A stretch of DNA of 62,883 bases, the filler included, from Choristocarpus tenellus KU-1152 (Eukaryota; Protista; Phaeophyceae), in the NCBI GenBank assembly GCA_964200185.2. It is 9 parts of 9 records of this genome, joined end to end, with 100 filler letters (N's around TTAATTAATTAA, not from the genome) between each part and the next. Parts side by side here need not be neighbours in the genome. Positions count along the whole stretch, not along the records: positions 8,728 to 12,726 come from CAXNAD020016737.1; positions 12,827 to 18,380 come from CAXNAD020010442.1; positions 18,481 to 27,231 come from CAXNAD020004368.1; 6 more parts are not named here. One strand, given 5' to 3'. The notes under the pieces were generated by a model that was not told where the DNA came from, ran no database searches, and saw nothing but the letters and a program-made list of their open reading frames with translations. The translations under genes were made by a program, and so were the position numbers. Shown piece by piece: positions 12,596 to 25,371 of this stretch (the stretch's first letter is position 1; the number at the start of each line of letters is the position of its first letter).

Positions 12596-12683
12596 TAGGA
12601 GCGCCAGTCTGCACAGAAGGCTGAAGCACATTCCCTTATGAAGAAAGAGTCACAGGCGACAGGGCAACACTTCTCTCCAAATG

Positions 12684-12726
12684 GGGTCAAAATATCTGGG
12701 GGGGGGGGTGGTGGTGTGTGAGGGGG
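12684..12726 (+). mobile_element. MITE family C end at contig break
   Basis: GGGTCAAAATATCT followed by poly-G. Confidence 0.75.
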
Positions 12727-12826
12727 NNNNNNNNNNNNNNNNNNNNNNNNNNNNNNNNNNNNNNNNNNNNTTAATTAATTAANNNNNNNNNNNNNNNNNN
12801 NNNNNNNNNNNNNNNNNNNNNNNNNN

Positions 12827-12854
12827 CCCCCCACCCTCCCAGATACTTTGGGTC
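12827..12854. mobile_element. MITE family C terminus at contig start
   Basis: poly-C-AGATACTTTGGGTC. Confidence 0.75.
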
Positions 12855-15736
12855 ACCAGCATAGCCACATTTCCCAATAAGCAAACCTAAATGTGTTTAT
12901 ATCATTATACAGACTTGATCCTCCTGTCTGCACCATGAAACGAGGCAAAAACCACCTCTGTATATTGTGTCCTGGCTGCTTAGAGTCCAAAGTCTACGAG
13001 ATATCTTTATATCTATACCTTCGGACACAGTCCTAGGTAGACTACCGTAGTACATACTTCTGTATTCCTATTGAGGTGTTGTCCTTTGTCATTGGATGAA
13101 CCAGAACCAATTCCTGCATATGCTGTGACTGTACAGAGAGCACCTTCTTAATTCTACCAACTCTGTCTGTTGAAGTTCCTGGAAACAAAGAAACCAAGCA
13201 CCTTCTCCTTCCGAACAGGCTTATTCAAGAATATTGGGATAATAATCTCGACCTAATAGACAAATACTAGTAAGAGTTCGGCCCTATACGTACCCCACTT
13301 AATTCGTGGTACAATAATGCTCGGGCCTTGCACGTATCGCTTGATTCACTACAAGAGAAAACGGTAGTAGCTTAGTTGACTCTTGACCTTCAGAAGACTC
13401 ACAGTGAACCCACCTTTCAGGAAAAGACTCAGTGCACAGGAGAGGCCGACTGGGAGGTACCATGACGTAGAGGTGCCCTTCGTATAGGTTGAAGCATGCC
13501 AGGAGAACGCTGGCGCACAAAGCAGTTCCCTTCATCCTGTTTTGTCATATCGTTACCAGCGGTACCCAGCATGATAAACGGAGGGGCATGGGCTTGTGAG
13601 TTGTACGGCCCTGACTCTTTAACTCAGCCTTAGGGGTGTCTATGGGAGTCGTGGATCGGTGGTTACACGGAGGAATCCCGATGAACATTGGTGAACAGTA
13701 GAAAAACGCGGGTCGTGGCCACTCTTACTCACTTATTGGGACGCGCGACCAACCTATGTGATGCTGCTGCTTTAAACCTTACGTTTGTTCCTGTTGTCTA
13801 CCCTTTACTGTGGTTGTATCTGTTGTAGGATTGAGGAATGGTCGTTTACGGTGAGTTTGAGGGACAACAATATTAATGTTACATAACAGATGAGGCCTCA
13901 ACGAACAAAACAGAACGATGAAATATATGGTTTATTACAACATAAATATATACCAAGTATACTATCAACTGTCGTTCCATAATACTACTGTTGGGTTCTA
14001 GGGGTATTTAGCTCGTACATTCTTACAGTTCAAAAAAATGAAAAACAAATCTGTTCACTGTCTATTGAGGTTTTGAAAGGGTTATCCACCGACTGTTGAT
14101 TGTTGATGTTCGAATGATTATTTCTGCAACAAAAAAATGTATATATTGTTCTTGACATTAGTCTAGTTTGAATATATGTTCGTTAAGTGAAATTGAAGAA
14201 CAAAACAGGCGGACAAAAACTTGATGGACATCACCATATTTGTAATAGGGTAAACGAATACAAACAAGGTTAAACATTAATTTCAACCCACTCCTTCATC
14301 AAACATTTCACATCCTCAAAACAATTCTATTCATGTGTACAGAAATCAGCATGGTTAGGTATTCCATCCAATCTACATTCACACGGACCAAACCAATTGA
14401 GAAGCACAAAGGTTTGGACACACGTAGTTGGTTTATCTTATTGCTTATCAGGGAATTATACCCTACCTTATCCCCTCAAATCACAAATATGATGAGGGTA
14501 AAACAAAAGCGAACACAAAACAAAAAATAACTCCTCTACTTTCAAGATGTTGCGTCAATCTAATGGTAATGAACAGCAGTGAGAACATAACAAATAGGTG
14601 GCTGGCCCTCCCATGTCGTCATTGGATCAACATGGATGAAGTGAGGGGGTAAGGTAGCATATACTTCCGTGATTGATAATGAAATATATCTCAGCTACTA
14701 TGTGTGAATGTAGATTGGAAGGCACCTCTGTTCTAGATTTCTGGATTAATATAGAATTGCTTCAAGGTTGTGGATTTTTTTATTAGGTGGGTTGAAATTA
14801 TGGTTGAGGCATGTGGTGAGGTTGTGGTATGTGTGATATCGATCCTGCAAAGTTAGCTTTTGTCGCTGTATATATATATATGTTGTTGATGCGATGTCGC
14901 CAATGAATGAACTGGATGGTGTCACGTAGTTATATAGAGGGCGCATCTTGATTGTATTGATGAGAAGTAAATTACAATCTGGAAATCCAAAATGAGGACA
15001 AGAATAATTTATTACCTGATAATATGGAAGTAGGGGAGTCCTTGATCAAAAAGATAAGTAGGTACCAAGGTTAGGGGAGACGATTGTAATGTGAGGCAAA
15101 TACATCATCAAAATCACTAATAATATCGAGATACTGTGACTTGATTGAAGTCAGAAATACCGATATTCCCTAACTAACGTGGAAATGAGAGCGAATGACC
15201 TATCATCAAACCCTTGATCCCCTACCCATTTTAGAACCTTTGAAAAGATTTCCGCGTGTACGGACGGTGTCTCTAAGTGCTCGCAGAAGGTTCAGGGTGT
15301 GAACCAAAGAGTTTACAGTTACACTTAAATCACTTTGAAGTTTTTTTGGGTGAATCCACCTTAATTGTCTATGCACGAGGTGACACGCGTGAAATACTTA
15401 CATATGTGGTACAGAGTGCCGCTTGGCACTATGAGGTGAAAAGGTCCCTGGTTTGAGTGAAATCCCTCTGGAGCTGTGGAAATTTGTCGCTCTTTCTCTC
15501 GCTTTTTCTCATTTTCACGGGTGTGTACTGTTCGATTAGACTCTTCCAACTCTATTGGACAGTTATGCGGACAGTTACAGCGTAACGGAACAATCAATTA
15601 GTGGTTGATTTGTCAGAACCTTTTACTAGTGATTAGTTGAAGGAGAAATCTTTCTCATACAAAAGGAAATATTTCTGATTTTATGGGGATTTGCATGCCC
15701 CACCTAAATTTAACCAATCACTCTACAGACACCAAG

Positions 15737-15794
15737 CAATCTCGCCGGGCTTATCACCTTTACCCTCTTTGATGATTTTGGGGATACTTTAACA
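15737..15794 (+). repeat. Probable 3' end of the copia 5' LTR
   Basis: 58 bp near-identical to 27332-27389. Both end in TTTAACA, where similarity stops, 35 nt upstream of the gag ATG. Confidence 0.65.
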
Positions 15795-15829
15795 CAATAT
15801 GTTGTAACCTTAGGTTTCATCATTTCATC

Positions 15830-18380
15830 ATGTCTACACGAGGAGATGCGATTCAAGAATTGCGGGAACCTGTTCCTTCCGAGGGCCCATCTGTCGAAGA
15901 ATTCAGACAGCTTATGGCGTCGGTAGCGGAATTGTCAAGAAACGTTGGCAATCTCATGGTTCAGTCTGAAAGAGTCGGCGAAGGAAATCATCCTGTCGTT
16001 CAGGCCGCTGTGCCCAGCACACGGCCTCCGGCTGGGGGCGTACCAGTCGAAGTGGGTCCTATGAAACACATGTTGAGGGAAAATTTCCCAGAGATGGGAA
16101 ACAGTTTGGATGCTGCGAGCATCAGAAGTGGAGCAAGCCGGAGGTCCGGTTCTTCGGAGAACTTGGGGACAGGCGCACATATTGTTCGCCCTACGACAAA
16201 GAGATCGAGAACCCAACCACCTAAATTATTGGACGACTCAGACTACCGGGACTGGCGGAGGCGTTTCATTGTGCATTGCCGATATACTCACTGTTTGGAA
16301 GGGTTGTCAAGTGAAAGACCAGTCAATCAAGAACAATCCTACGAGGAACTTCTCTCGGATGGCTTCAGTGCGAATGATATCTGGATGGCCGAAGAGGCCT
16401 ACCATGCACTTTTACTGTTGCTCTCGTTGCACCCACCACCAGGGCACTGTGCTATATGCACCAAAGCCCGAGCGAGCTTTTCCGAGCAATAGATGATTGG
16501 TTCATGCCTAATACAGTGAGTAATAGCCAACATTTGTTCCGTGAGTGTTTCACCTCGAAGGTGGAGAAGGGGGCGAATCCGATCCTCACCTTAAACCACC
16601 TGGAAGAGCTTCGAGGGAGGATACAATCAATGGTACTGGTGATCTCGGACAAGCTGCTGCTCCTACAGTTCCTGAGTGCTCTCAGATCAGATTACAACAC
16701 CGAGATAAGCATGATGACCTCGCAGAGTACACTATGTCGAGCAGACATAGAGAAAACTGCTAGAGAGCGATATGCTTCCCTTCATCAGGGCAAGGACTCT
16801 AGACACAACAACAGCTATGCTTTGGTCGTTAACAGCTGATCGTAAGGGAAGAGTCAGTCTCATCGCAACGGCCAAGGTCGCGGGGCCGAATGTAAATTTA
16901 ATGGTGGAAGAAAGAAACATGGTTCTAATTCCAACCCAAAACGTTCTGAGAAGATTCCTTGTGAGAGATGCGGTAAGCATAGACTTGAGAAGCCAGCTTG
17001 CCCAAACCGCATTTGCACCAAATGTGGTGGACGTGCCCATGATGCAACAACATGCACTTCGGTGTTCTTGACTACGGTGCAGTTTGGGAAGGAAGAGATC
17101 AAGACCGAGGCAAATCCTTCCCACATTACTGTGGAAAGTACCACCAGCTACGGCAACGACAAGCGATACGTACTACTGGTTGCCACTGAGGACTCTCCGA
17201 TCAGCAATGCTCCAGGTAAGTGTGGGGCAAACAAATGTTTGGTGTCAAGTGTTGGGGTTGGCCGCGAGAGAGAAGAATGGATTTTGGACAGTGCGGCTTC
17301 ATGTCATGTAACCAATATGATAACTCACATGACTAATTACAAGCCTTGCATTGGACATGAAAGGGTAGTCACCGCCAGCCAAAATTCCTTTTGCATCGCT
17401 GGTCATGGTGATCTAATCATCTTGTTTCCGTCACGTGACAACAAGGAGGTAGAAATACTCCTTCAGAATGTCGCACACGTCCCTAATCTAGGATTCAACC
17501 TTTTCTCTTGCCAAGCAGCAGCTGACAAGGGTGCAAAAGGCATTTTCACAGTCAGTACATTCTCGCTATTCGATGGAGTACTTAACTTCACCAGAGATCC
17601 TGGTTGCCACTACACCCTCCATGGTCAACACATATTGCCGCGACTATATCGAAATGCTGAAGTTGCTTTAAAGGCCACTATAGCCCCCTTGCTTGCATCC
17701 CGTGCTCCCCACACGGAGATCGACATTAACCTCTTTCACCGCTCTTATGACCACGCACACGAGGCATTGCTCAAGTCCACCGCCACTTCAATGGGCATTA
17801 CATTGGTGGGTGAGCTGGAGCCATGTGCGGGCTGCTCTATGAGCAAGGGCATACGGAAGGGTGTTTGGTCCAGCACGTCTACAAGGGCGGTAAGAAAGCT
17901 GGATCGGGTTTTTGTCGACTTAAGTGGGAAGAGGGCTACCCTTTCAATCGGTGGTAAGCAATACACCATGATAATCCGGGACGATTATTCTCGTTTTGTT
18001 TGGTTGTATTTCCTTCGTGCTAAGTCGGATGCCGCCGAAGCCTTCAAGAAGTACCTGGTCATGTGTGTGCGGTCTGATAATGGGGGGGAATTTTATGAGG
18101 GTGCTTTCGGCGCTCTTTGTCGTGATTGTGGGATAAAACAGGAGTTCACACCTGTAGATAGCCCTCAATTTAGTGGGGTTGCTGAACGAATGCTGGGTAT
18201 TATTGATGAAGCTTCATTAGCTGCCCCGCCTTCAAGCTCCACTACTTTTTCCCCATGTCACCATCCCCAAGACCGAATCCCTATGGGCTGAAGCTCAACA
18301 CTATGTTTGTGACTCGCTCAATCGCACATCGACCACGGCTAACTCAAGTTGTAAATTACTGTATGAAATGTGGTATGACA
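15830..18380 (+). mobile_element. Ty1/copia retrotransposon gag-protease-integrase, disrupted and cut by the contig end
   Basis: gag (DYRDWRRRF; LLQFLSALRSDY), zinc knuckle CTKCGGRAHDATTC, protease WILDSAASCHV, HRSYDH..CAGC, integrase VFVDLSG..RDDYSR..RSDNGGEF..GVAER, then LWAEA..LNRT after a frameshift. In-frame TGA and TAA at 16837-16845; frameshifts near 16450 and 18225. Confidence 0.95.
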
Positions 18381-20508
18381 NNNNNNNNNNNNNNNNNNNN
18401 NNNNNNNNNNNNNNNNNNNNNNNNTTAATTAATTAANNNNNNNNNNNNNNNNNNNNNNNNNNNNNNNNNNNNNNNNNNNNATGGGGAGTACCGCCTCCCA
18501 AACCTCTCTACTTTGATGAATGGGAAGTGGGAGGGGAGGGCAGCTGGAGGGGGAAATCATAAATTGCATTAAGCCTAGTGCTGAGACCCATGATCAATTG
18601 CATCAACACATGGATAAAATACAAGCCTCACTAGGTTTATTTTCCATAAGCAGGGCAATTGCTTGCACCAGTATCTTTGATTGGTCTCACTTGGGTACCA
18701 CATCATGGAAAAATCCCTCTTCTTCGAAGCCTGTTGGCTGCTGGTACTTGCTCCACCGCGGGACTTTCGTAACCTTCTCGTCGGAGGGGTCCTTCGGGCA
18801 CCAAGGTATAGATATTTGGGTAGATAGCAGTGTAAACCAGTGTAGCAGCGTAAACCAAAGGGTCGCCAGATATGATGTATCGGGGATAGTAGAAAGAGCA
18901 GTGTAGTGACAACATAAGTAATATGCAAGACAGGTACATTAGTTGCATCTTGTGTATCGTGATCACATCCAGTGACTCAGATTCCAGATACTACGCAGTT
19001 TGAGGGAGCATCGTCTATATGTGTGCGATAAGTGGTCAGTATAGAAGATGATCCGAGACACGTATCTCTAAGTAGGGCGAAGCGTACAGCCTCCCTGCTT
19101 CTTGCGTGGTTGTACGAAAAAGAGTTCGGTACAAATTCTCTTTAACATGCTCCAATTTGTGCTACATAGTTGTGATGGACAAGTGGGGTAAAGAAGATAA
19201 GCGGGAGTCGAGGTGAGAGAAATGCCGATCACGTCTATACACAGCTCCCGACAGTACCAAACAACCCAGAAATACTGGACAAAAATGTCGTTGTTGCTTC
19301 ATGGTCGACCAACTCCTGTCGTGGTGTATCGATACAGCAATAGAAACACCGTGGGAATTCCACACAGCCATGACAGGAAGGTCAACACGACGTAATAAAA
19401 TCTTCCAAAAATAATGGGCAAGAAGGAGCTGGGTCAACTAGACTGTGGAATTACATGCACCTCTGCGGCACCTTGCATCTTAGGCAACCCGATGGAACCT
19501 AGATCCAACTACACAGAAGGTCCAAGAACGGCAACACGCATATTCCACATCCAAAAACTGACAACAGTCGGGAAATTTCATTTTGTAGATATGTGCTCCT
19601 GGTTGATGATTGTAATTCCTCAGAAGTTCAAGTGAGGTTACATGCAGTTTAGGTGCCAATACACAATGGTATCCCAACGAAAGTAATCTCTACCTCTACA
19701 GTGGTCACCTGTGGGCATGAACTCAAATTATGCTTGATTTCATCCATTCCTGATTCATTCAAGACAAGATGAGGTTGCGCCATGGCGCCACCCAGTCCTG
19801 CCTCCTCCTCCTCTTGCACAACCCTACCACATAACACGACCTTTTTTGGATTTCTACGAAAGGAGGCCAAGTATGCAAAACAGATGAAGTCAATCTCACC
19901 GACAATATGGAATAATAATAAAATACATCGAAAAAATCATATTCTTCAGTTACATCCACACAACCCAGAACGGTCCTCGCCTGACGCTATGGTGATTAGG
20001 AATATACTCTTCATTTCTACCACAAAACACCTTGACCAACAGATTTTCCAACATCACAAATCCAGATATACATTTTTCAAACCATAAAATGTAGTTTATT
20101 TTTTCTCTGTATTCAGCGTGAAATTGGACCCCATTCCATCTCACAACGTCTACCTGCAATAGCCTCATATCATATGTTACCACCTATCGAAATCAAAGTT
20201 GAGTAATCAAATTATGGTCTCATCTCATATACTTACATAGCTCAACATTTTTTGTTGCGGAATAGCGCATGTTAAAATAGTAACATCCTTGGTAGGGGGT
20301 TTGGACTGGAGTGTTACTACCACTACATAGTAGAGAAAGAGCAGTACAGCGTTGGGTATATTTTGGACTACTGGAGTGTTTTTGGTGTACTATAGTGTTA
20401 CATGTATATTAAGTGGATTATTATGAGGATGATGACATAAGTTAGTGTTTGAGTGTAATAATGTTGTCGAAAAGGATTGTGACGTCTGGGCTTCCAATAC
20501 CTATTTAT

Positions 20509-20764
20509 AGGTCAAAGTATCTTTGAGGGTAGAGCCGCGTCCATTTGGGGGCAAAATCCAATGTTGCAATTTTGATTAAATTCTGGCATCATGTTTGTTG
20601 GGAAATATCAATATCCTTGTTCCAGGCCCACCTTTTCATAACAAATACATTTTACCTACTCGAAACATTTTGGAGTAGGTAAAATGTCATTAAAAAACTG
20701 TGGAAAGCCAAGCCCCAAATCGACAAACAGGGAAAAACTCGTACCCTCTAAGATACTTTCACTC
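20509..20764 (+). mobile_element. MITE family A, copy 5
   Basis: GTCAAAGTATCTTTGAGGGTA ... TACCCTCTAAGATACTTTCACTC. Confidence 0.9.
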
Positions 20765-20986
20765 TTAGTGTTTAGTGTATCATAGTTCGTATCTAGGTCA
20801 GGTTTCGACACAACACCTTGAGTTGAACATAAACTCCCTCACTAGCAAAGATAAAAGGAATCCTGGCACACTCCCTCCTCTTACACCATGTCCACACCCA
20901 AGCCCTGAGGGGTCCTCCAACCCCTCCCAGAGTCAATGTATTCATAATATTGATGTAGACAAGTATATTGTATGGAAGGAAATACA

Positions 20987-21175
20987 CTGCTCCTGCTGCT
21001 GCTGCTGCTGCTACTTCTACTAATCCTACTCCTTACTAAATATAATAGGTTGGCATATATAATCAGAACGTTAGCAATTCTTGCTCAAACCGGATATAAT
21101 GTATAGTTTTATACGTCGTCGTACTTGTACTCGTAGTTGTGGTTGCAGTGGCAGTGGCAGTGGCAGTGGTAGTAG
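20987..21175. repeat. Microsatellite patch: (CTG)n and (GCAGTG)x4
   Basis: Read directly at ~20987-21012 and ~21144-21170. Confidence 0.85.
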
Positions 21176-21687
21176 CAGACTAACAGCTACGACTACGTAT
21201 TACAATAGCAGGCAGAGAGACGGACTATGAAGTTATCACATGCCTGAAAATTAAAAAAAAGATGTATTCAAACAAATGAAAGGTAGTCAAAAACGATTTT
21301 AGTTGTCCTCCCCATCACCCATCGCTTCTTGACGTTGCACTTTCTCAAGTAGAAAGTGTTCAGGCACTAATCCGGAAGGAACATTATGCTGTGGAGTTGG
21401 CTTGTTTTTGCTTGTGTATGGAGTGGTCTTCCCCCAACGAACGGAAGTTGCCCCCTTGGGTCACCTGGTATGGAGGAAATACCCGCAAATAACTCTATTA
21501 CACATCTCGTAGCCAGTCTTAGCATTTTGTTTTATCCAAGACACTTTTATCTGACTGGCAATAGAGAGCTCATCAATGACTATATGTACATCGTACTCTG
21601 GAGATTTTGCTGAATCTTTGAGAGTAAGTGATAGAGCCTTCATGATTCACCCTCCCCTGTCTCCCCTGTCCACACCACAGAGCCAAA

Positions 21688-21711
21688 CCCTAACCCTAAC
21701 CCTAACCCTAA
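21688..21711. repeat. Interstitial telomere-type repeat (CCCTAA)x4
   Basis: Four perfect CCCTAA units (TTAGGG on the minus strand). Confidence 0.85.
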
Positions 21712-22675
21712 GTAAACTTGAGGCACACAGGGTTGTTTATTAAGGGTGCTGACAAATGTGCAAAACTCGTTTTTTGTACAATGCGCATATGGACCTTTCG
21801 AGGTCTGTATAAATTTTTCGAACAATAGAGAAATCGTCTTTCTCAATCCAATCTTAGTGCTTCATCCATAGAAATAAGGGTGGATCGCAAAAGATGAAAA
21901 AAGTTATTTAAAATGCAAGACAGCCAGAACCTGGGCACCCCTTGATTACTACTTTGACTCATACGCTCATACACACCCCTGGTGACTGTGAGGGAACGTT
22001 TCCAATGTGTGGTGAGAGGTACACCCATCTTGTTTCATACAGTCTTTACGTTGTGGGCATTCATAGTCATGTGATTCTATAGATATTATAACATAATTCT
22101 AACCCCAGCGTACCCACAAAATGTGCGTATTCAAGTACAGTATAATATAATATCATATATATATATGTATATATGTAATTTATATTTGTGTCCTGCTCTG
22201 CCTCCTTCGCGTTTACAATATAATTTTGTGAAAGTTTCTGCCCAGGGAATACGTGTAACACCAAGCACATCATCAAGAACAAGTCACTCACTACACACAA
22301 CACAACTGAAAATGTGCCGAAACCTTTTTCATAATGTTTGGGTGGAATGGTCCAGTCATTGTGATGTTGGGATTTCAGACAGCAGAATAGGTAGTAGGGC
22401 TTCATGATTTGGGGATGAGTGTAGCGGGGTGTGTGGATATTTGTTGGGATGGAATAGTGCAGTGTGATGTGTGCGGTGGAGGCTGTTGTGGTACATTGTG
22501 AGGGCTCGCCAGGTTTTTTGTTTTTAATCTTTGAAGGAGTTTGTCAATGTGTGCAGCGTTGAATCTGGGTAGAGTGTGATGAATGAATGGTGATCTGGTG
22601 TTGGAGCAAGATAACTTTTATCCAAAGGACGTAGCCAGCAAAACAATTGGAATGAAAGAATATCCAGAGATTCGA

Positions 22676-22934
22676 CAGTAAAAGTATAGCAGAGGGTACG
22701 AGTTTTTTGCCCTGTTTGTCCGTTTGGGGAGTGGCTTCTCGCGGGTTTTCTATGACATTCTCCTATTCAGAAATGTTTTGGAGTAGGTAAAATGTACACG
22801 TCATGAAATGTGTGTCCGCAACGAGGATGTTGACACTTCCTAACAAACATGATGGCCAAAATTACATCAACATAGCAATATTGGATTTTGCCCCCCAAAC
22901 ATACGCGACTCTACCTTCTAAGATACTTTGACTC
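22676..22934 (-). mobile_element. MITE family A, copy 6
   Basis: Reverse orientation; 4-bp TSD TCGA/TCGA. Confidence 0.9.
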
Positions 22935-23744
22935 TCGAGGCCCCAACACAAAGAGCTGTAAGTTGTTTTGCTTGGGTTCAAAATGACAACATGTCGTAAG
23001 CTCTGGTGCAAGAATACGACAGTAGGTTGACTTGTGGAAATTGAGCATTTGTAAATAAACACACCTACCAAGTAAACCGATCACCTCCTTGATTTCTCCA
23101 TCATCGCTTAGAGTTTTCAAGAGTGGTCTCAATGTCTTTAACCGTTCCATTATTTTTTGGGGTCATGTCAAAGTAGGGACAATAGGGTTAAGGTCCAATG
23201 ATAGGTTATAGGGACTTTAAGAAGAGACGATTAAGCCCGATGTTTATGATCATACTAACAGGATATCTAGTTCTCAGTCTAACGTATTAAAGGAACGTTA
23301 TATCCAACAGAAATAAATATTTCCCAAATTCCAGGAAATATCTATTTTGGGTCAACCTGAAATACATGTCAGAGTGAATTGTTAGGCTTCAACTCCGTGT
23401 ATTCAGTGAAAAATATCATCAAATAATTATGATATTAATATTAATATCATTTGCTCACTTCTAGTCTTCTCCACTACTACCTCCACCTTACCTAGCTCAT
23501 TGACCTGTGGTTAGATGGCAGTGAACACTGCACAATTTCTTCTACTCAGCGACCTACCTGATGCACTACAACTAACGATTACATTGCGCCTTGGTGCCTT
23601 GTTTTTTTCTGGTATGTTGCGTTCAGTCGTCCCACCATCTCATCACTCTGCCTCCTCCCTCGAATCTGGTGCAGACTCCCTCTGTCGGCACAGAATGTTC
23701 AGCGCCACGATCGAGATTTTTACAGATCTTTTTTTTCTTGTGGC

Positions 23745-23905
23745 TTAGGTGAAGATGGTAAGGTACAGGTGTACCTTCCCAGTACACGTGCCACACATTC
23801 CACTATAGTCTAGTTACCTGCGAGAGAATCTAGCTCCTCAACTGGGGTTCGAACCCGTGGACTCTGATCTTTTGTGGTACAGGCTAACCAGTTGACATTT
23901 TCGAA
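23745..23905 (-). mobile_element. Probable tRNA-derived SINE or tRNA pseudogene
   Basis: The minus strand has an A-box-like GTCAACTGGTTAGC and a B-box GGTTCGAACCC in a T-arm hairpin at tRNA-like spacing. There is no intact cloverleaf and the 3' boundary is a guess. Confidence 0.45.
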
Positions 23906-24499
23906 AAGAATTCACGACCCTATGGTAGCCACCTTCCGACCAAGGTATACCTTTAAAATGCCCTTCCATGAAAGATATACCTCAAGGTCTGTTGCCTCAT
24001 ATGACATCAGCATTTGCTGCTTGAACTATACATTTGCTTGTCGAATATATCGGATGGTTGGAGTGCACCTTACAACCTCCCCTCAGTCACACTTTCGCCT
24101 ATTCACTCCTCCATGAGCAACCGTCTGAGGGATTCCTCACCCTCCTGCCTTGTTTGTCTTCATTCCCTTCCCCCTGTGGGTCTTCCCGCTCCCCTTCAGT
24201 CAGAAGAGCCTGTCTCCCTGTTTCCATCTGTTTCACAACTCTCCAAACTAAAAATACCGATGATAGTAACAAAAATATCATATTACATTATTTTGCCATC
24301 TGATCTATTGCAGGTGTGTCAGCCAAAAAGCAAAAACAGTATCACAAGGACCCCTGAAAAAGTAGCAGTTGTCACAAATGTGACATATATATTTGTGGAA
24401 AAATATGTATGTAGTTTAGCACAGGTTAAAACAGCACCCAAGGTATTTGGTACTAACCAGGTCCTCGCATATATATATACAAATATATACACATAATTA

Positions 24500-24715
24500 T
24501 GAATCGTATGATTCTGTGGCAGCGTAGTTCACTCAGACCAGGGTGGTGAAGAGAATCACCGGGTAAGACGGACCAGGCGGACCAGACGAGCCCCAACCGA
24601 TAAGATAAGGTTTAGGTTGGACAAGACCAAGACAGCAAGGACGTGCAGAAGATTGTGGAGTGATGAGAATCTCTTCAAAGGGGAAGGGATAATCCGAATG
24701 TTAAGACGTGAGAAC
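24500..24715 (+). repeat. Dispersed repeat E, copy 2
   Basis: Colinear with 10725-10935. Confidence 0.7.
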
Positions 24716-25109
24716 TCTAGGAGGTTGAGAGAATAATATCATAGGGACTCTTGTATTAGGGATAATGATAATATAAACGGACTTTACACAGAAACACTTG
24801 AGCTTTTGATGGTAGAGGCTACTTCTCAATGAGTGACTCGCAGTGTGCCAAAGGTAAATTGATCCTAACTAGCAATTAATGCATTCTTTACACAAGGTCG
24901 CTTATTCATGGACTGCCCAATGATGTGCTAATTCTTACAAAACATTGGGAGATTCTAGGAGAGACCGTATTGAAGCTCTAGCTAAGGGTGATGCTGCGGT
25001 GGGCTCTTCTCCAAGGATAAGATTCAGGACTGTAGACTGCGTGGCAGAAGTGAGCAGCTAATGTTGGACTTACTCTGACTGTATCCGGGAGAGGCTGAAA
25101 GATGCTACT

Positions 25110-25371
25110 GAGCCAAACCAATTGAGAGTTAGGCAGGGTTGCATCTTAAGGATACCGAGAAAGGGCGAAAAGACGCAAATGAATGCAATTGTAGAAGGAT
25201 CATTTCTGAGATGTCGCGTCAGTTTGCGAATTGAAAGAGGCGTGATATCGATTTTGCGTACGCTTTTTTGCACATAAAGCAATGACATGGATTGTATTGC
25301 CCAGGATAGGAAATTATGACTTAGAATGCAAGAGTGTACAAAGCCGCCTATCTCTTGATTGTTGTCGGCTC
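25110..25371. mobile_element. MITE family D, copy 1
   Basis: TIR GAGCCAAACCAATTGAGAGTTAGGC / GCCTATCTCTTGATTGTTGTCGGCTC; 3-bp TSD ACT/ACT. Confidence 0.85.

Larger units (their letters stand above)
11599..12683 (-). mobile_element. Degenerate non-LTR retrotransposon RT fragment (CRE-like), interrupted by MITE A copy 4
   Basis: With the insertion removed it reads FGEKCCPVACDSFFIRECASAFCADWRSYLEEYFGGMGQFGVGVPNEVERVLMDIR..VRNAYNRVR. This resembles the RP.AVG..RR / QFGVG..GG.E / D..NAFN.V.R blocks of CRE-clade RTs. Confidence 0.7.

Noticed and set aside
13000-15300. Possible gag zinc-knuckle and LINE endonuclease remnants on the minus strand
   Set aside because: Only compositional hints; no intact motif.
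18481-20200. Cluster of 60-128 aa ORFs as a gene or transposase
   Set aside because: No consistent frame, splice pattern or motif recognised.
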